Below are positions 8,896 to 10,015 of a DNA stretch of 10,015 bases, in pieces (the stretch's first letter is position 1; each line of letters starts with the position of its first letter). The stretch is taken from the NCBI RefSeq assembly GCF_006345805.1, contig NW_021827454.1, forward strand, positions 1-10,015, written 5' to 3'. A program made the translations under genes and the position numbers. The notes below the pieces were generated by a model, which did no database searches, was not told the origin of the DNA, and saw nothing but the letters and a program-made list of their open reading frames with translations. The DNA comes from Octopus sinensis (Eukaryota).

Positions 8896-9029
8896 GGTAT
8901 TTCTTTTGTCTTTACGTTCTGAGTTCAAATTCCACCGAGGTCAACTTTGCTGTTCATCCTTTCGGGACCGATAAAATAAATATCAGTGGGACATGGCCTT
9001 GTGCCAAAATTTTAAATCGTTATTATTAT
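8896..9029 (+). mobile_element. SINE copy C, 5'-truncated and internally deleted
   Basis: GGTATTTC...GAGTTCAAATTCCACCGAGGTCAACTTTGC...GGCCTTGTGCCAAAATTT followed by (TTA)n. Confidence 0.82.
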
Positions 9030-9091
9030 CGTACAGTGTAAAATCTATGTGTTTAAAGGTGTTTTCATGGACGAATTATCGCAGCCAAGTG

Positions 9092-9426
9092 AAGGTGCAT
9101 GGCTGAGTGGTTTGAGCGTCGGACTCACAATCGTGAGGTGGTGAGTTCGATTCCCAGACTGGGCCGTGTGTTGTGTTCTTGAGCAAGACACTTTATTTCA
9201 CGTTGCTGTAGTTCACACAGCTGTAGAAACGAGTTGCGATGTCACTGGTGCCAAGCTGTTTCGACCCCTTTGCCTTTCTCTTGTATAACATCGATGGCGT
9301 AGAGAGAAGGGGGCAGGTATGCTAGTCTTCCATAAACAACCTTGCCTGGACTTGCGCCTCGGAAGGAAACTTTCTAGGTGCAATCACATGGTAATTCATG
9401 ACCGAGGCGAGGTCTTTACTCTTTTT
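9092..9426 (+). mobile_element. Near full-length tRNA-derived SINE of a second family
   Basis: A box TGGCTGAGTGG at 9100-9110, B box GAGTTCGATTCC at 9143-9154, a core TCTTGAGCAAGACACTT...GTTCACACAGCTG, and a CTTTA/CTCTTTT end. Confidence 0.85.
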
Positions 9427-10015
9427 ACCGCAGCGAAAAAGCATTTAACAAAATGCATACGTTAATTATGTGATATCGATAACGTTTACATTATCAGAGC
9501 TACTTTCACCTCAAAATTTGAATTTTGTTCAACTCGTGCAGCGCAATTGCACTAGATTTTACACTATCTCTATATACTTCAAGCCAGCAGTGTGAATTCC
9601 TGTCGAGGGCAAATTGAGTATACGGCACTGATTAGCCGAAATAAAAGCGAAATCTCGATATCGCTTGATTTCGTTCACATCTGGGACGATTTGTTTTGTC
9701 TGGCTTTGAAGTATACTGAGTTTTTTTAACTCTCTACTTATTTAATGAGAGCTTCCTTGGACGGAATACTGCAACCTAAAACATTTACAAACGCACATAT
9801 ATTAAGTATGTCACATCGATGGCACCAATCCTTTCATTCGGTGAATTCAACGCATGAAACCGTTAATCCAGACCCATTTTGTTTCTCTCTTCTTGTTTCC
9901 TTTTCTCCATTGGTTTTCTCTCCTCATTCCGTTCTGTAGAAGAGCGTAGGCTAGAAATATCCTCCATCTTTCCTGAACGTCAAACTAACACACCTCGTCT
10001 GTTGTTCCTCACCTG

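Noticed and set aside
9092-9170. tRNA gene
   Set aside because: A and B boxes are present, but the acceptor stem is not convincing and the sequence continues into a SINE core.

Overview
AT-rich, repeat-dense animal genomic DNA. The SINE types and microsatellite density look like Octopus or another coleoid cephalopod (recall, not a database hit). No intact protein-coding gene is visible, and most ORFs in the supplied track are microsatellite read-throughs. The main structure is a ~5.6-copy head-to-tail array of a ~600-bp unit (493-3809) inside a TA/CA microsatellite. On the minus strand each unit resolves into a ~450-nt exon-like segment and a ~148-nt canonical GT-AG intron. The exon is closed in all three frames but keeps fibronectin-III-like peptide traces. 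The rest of the window holds simple repeats, a candidate 57-nt minus-strand micro-exon, a complete non-autonomous Helitron, a 5'-truncated R4/Dong-type retrotransposon in a (TAA)n tract, a hAT end, and several tRNA-derived SINEs, some inverted or with swapped tails.
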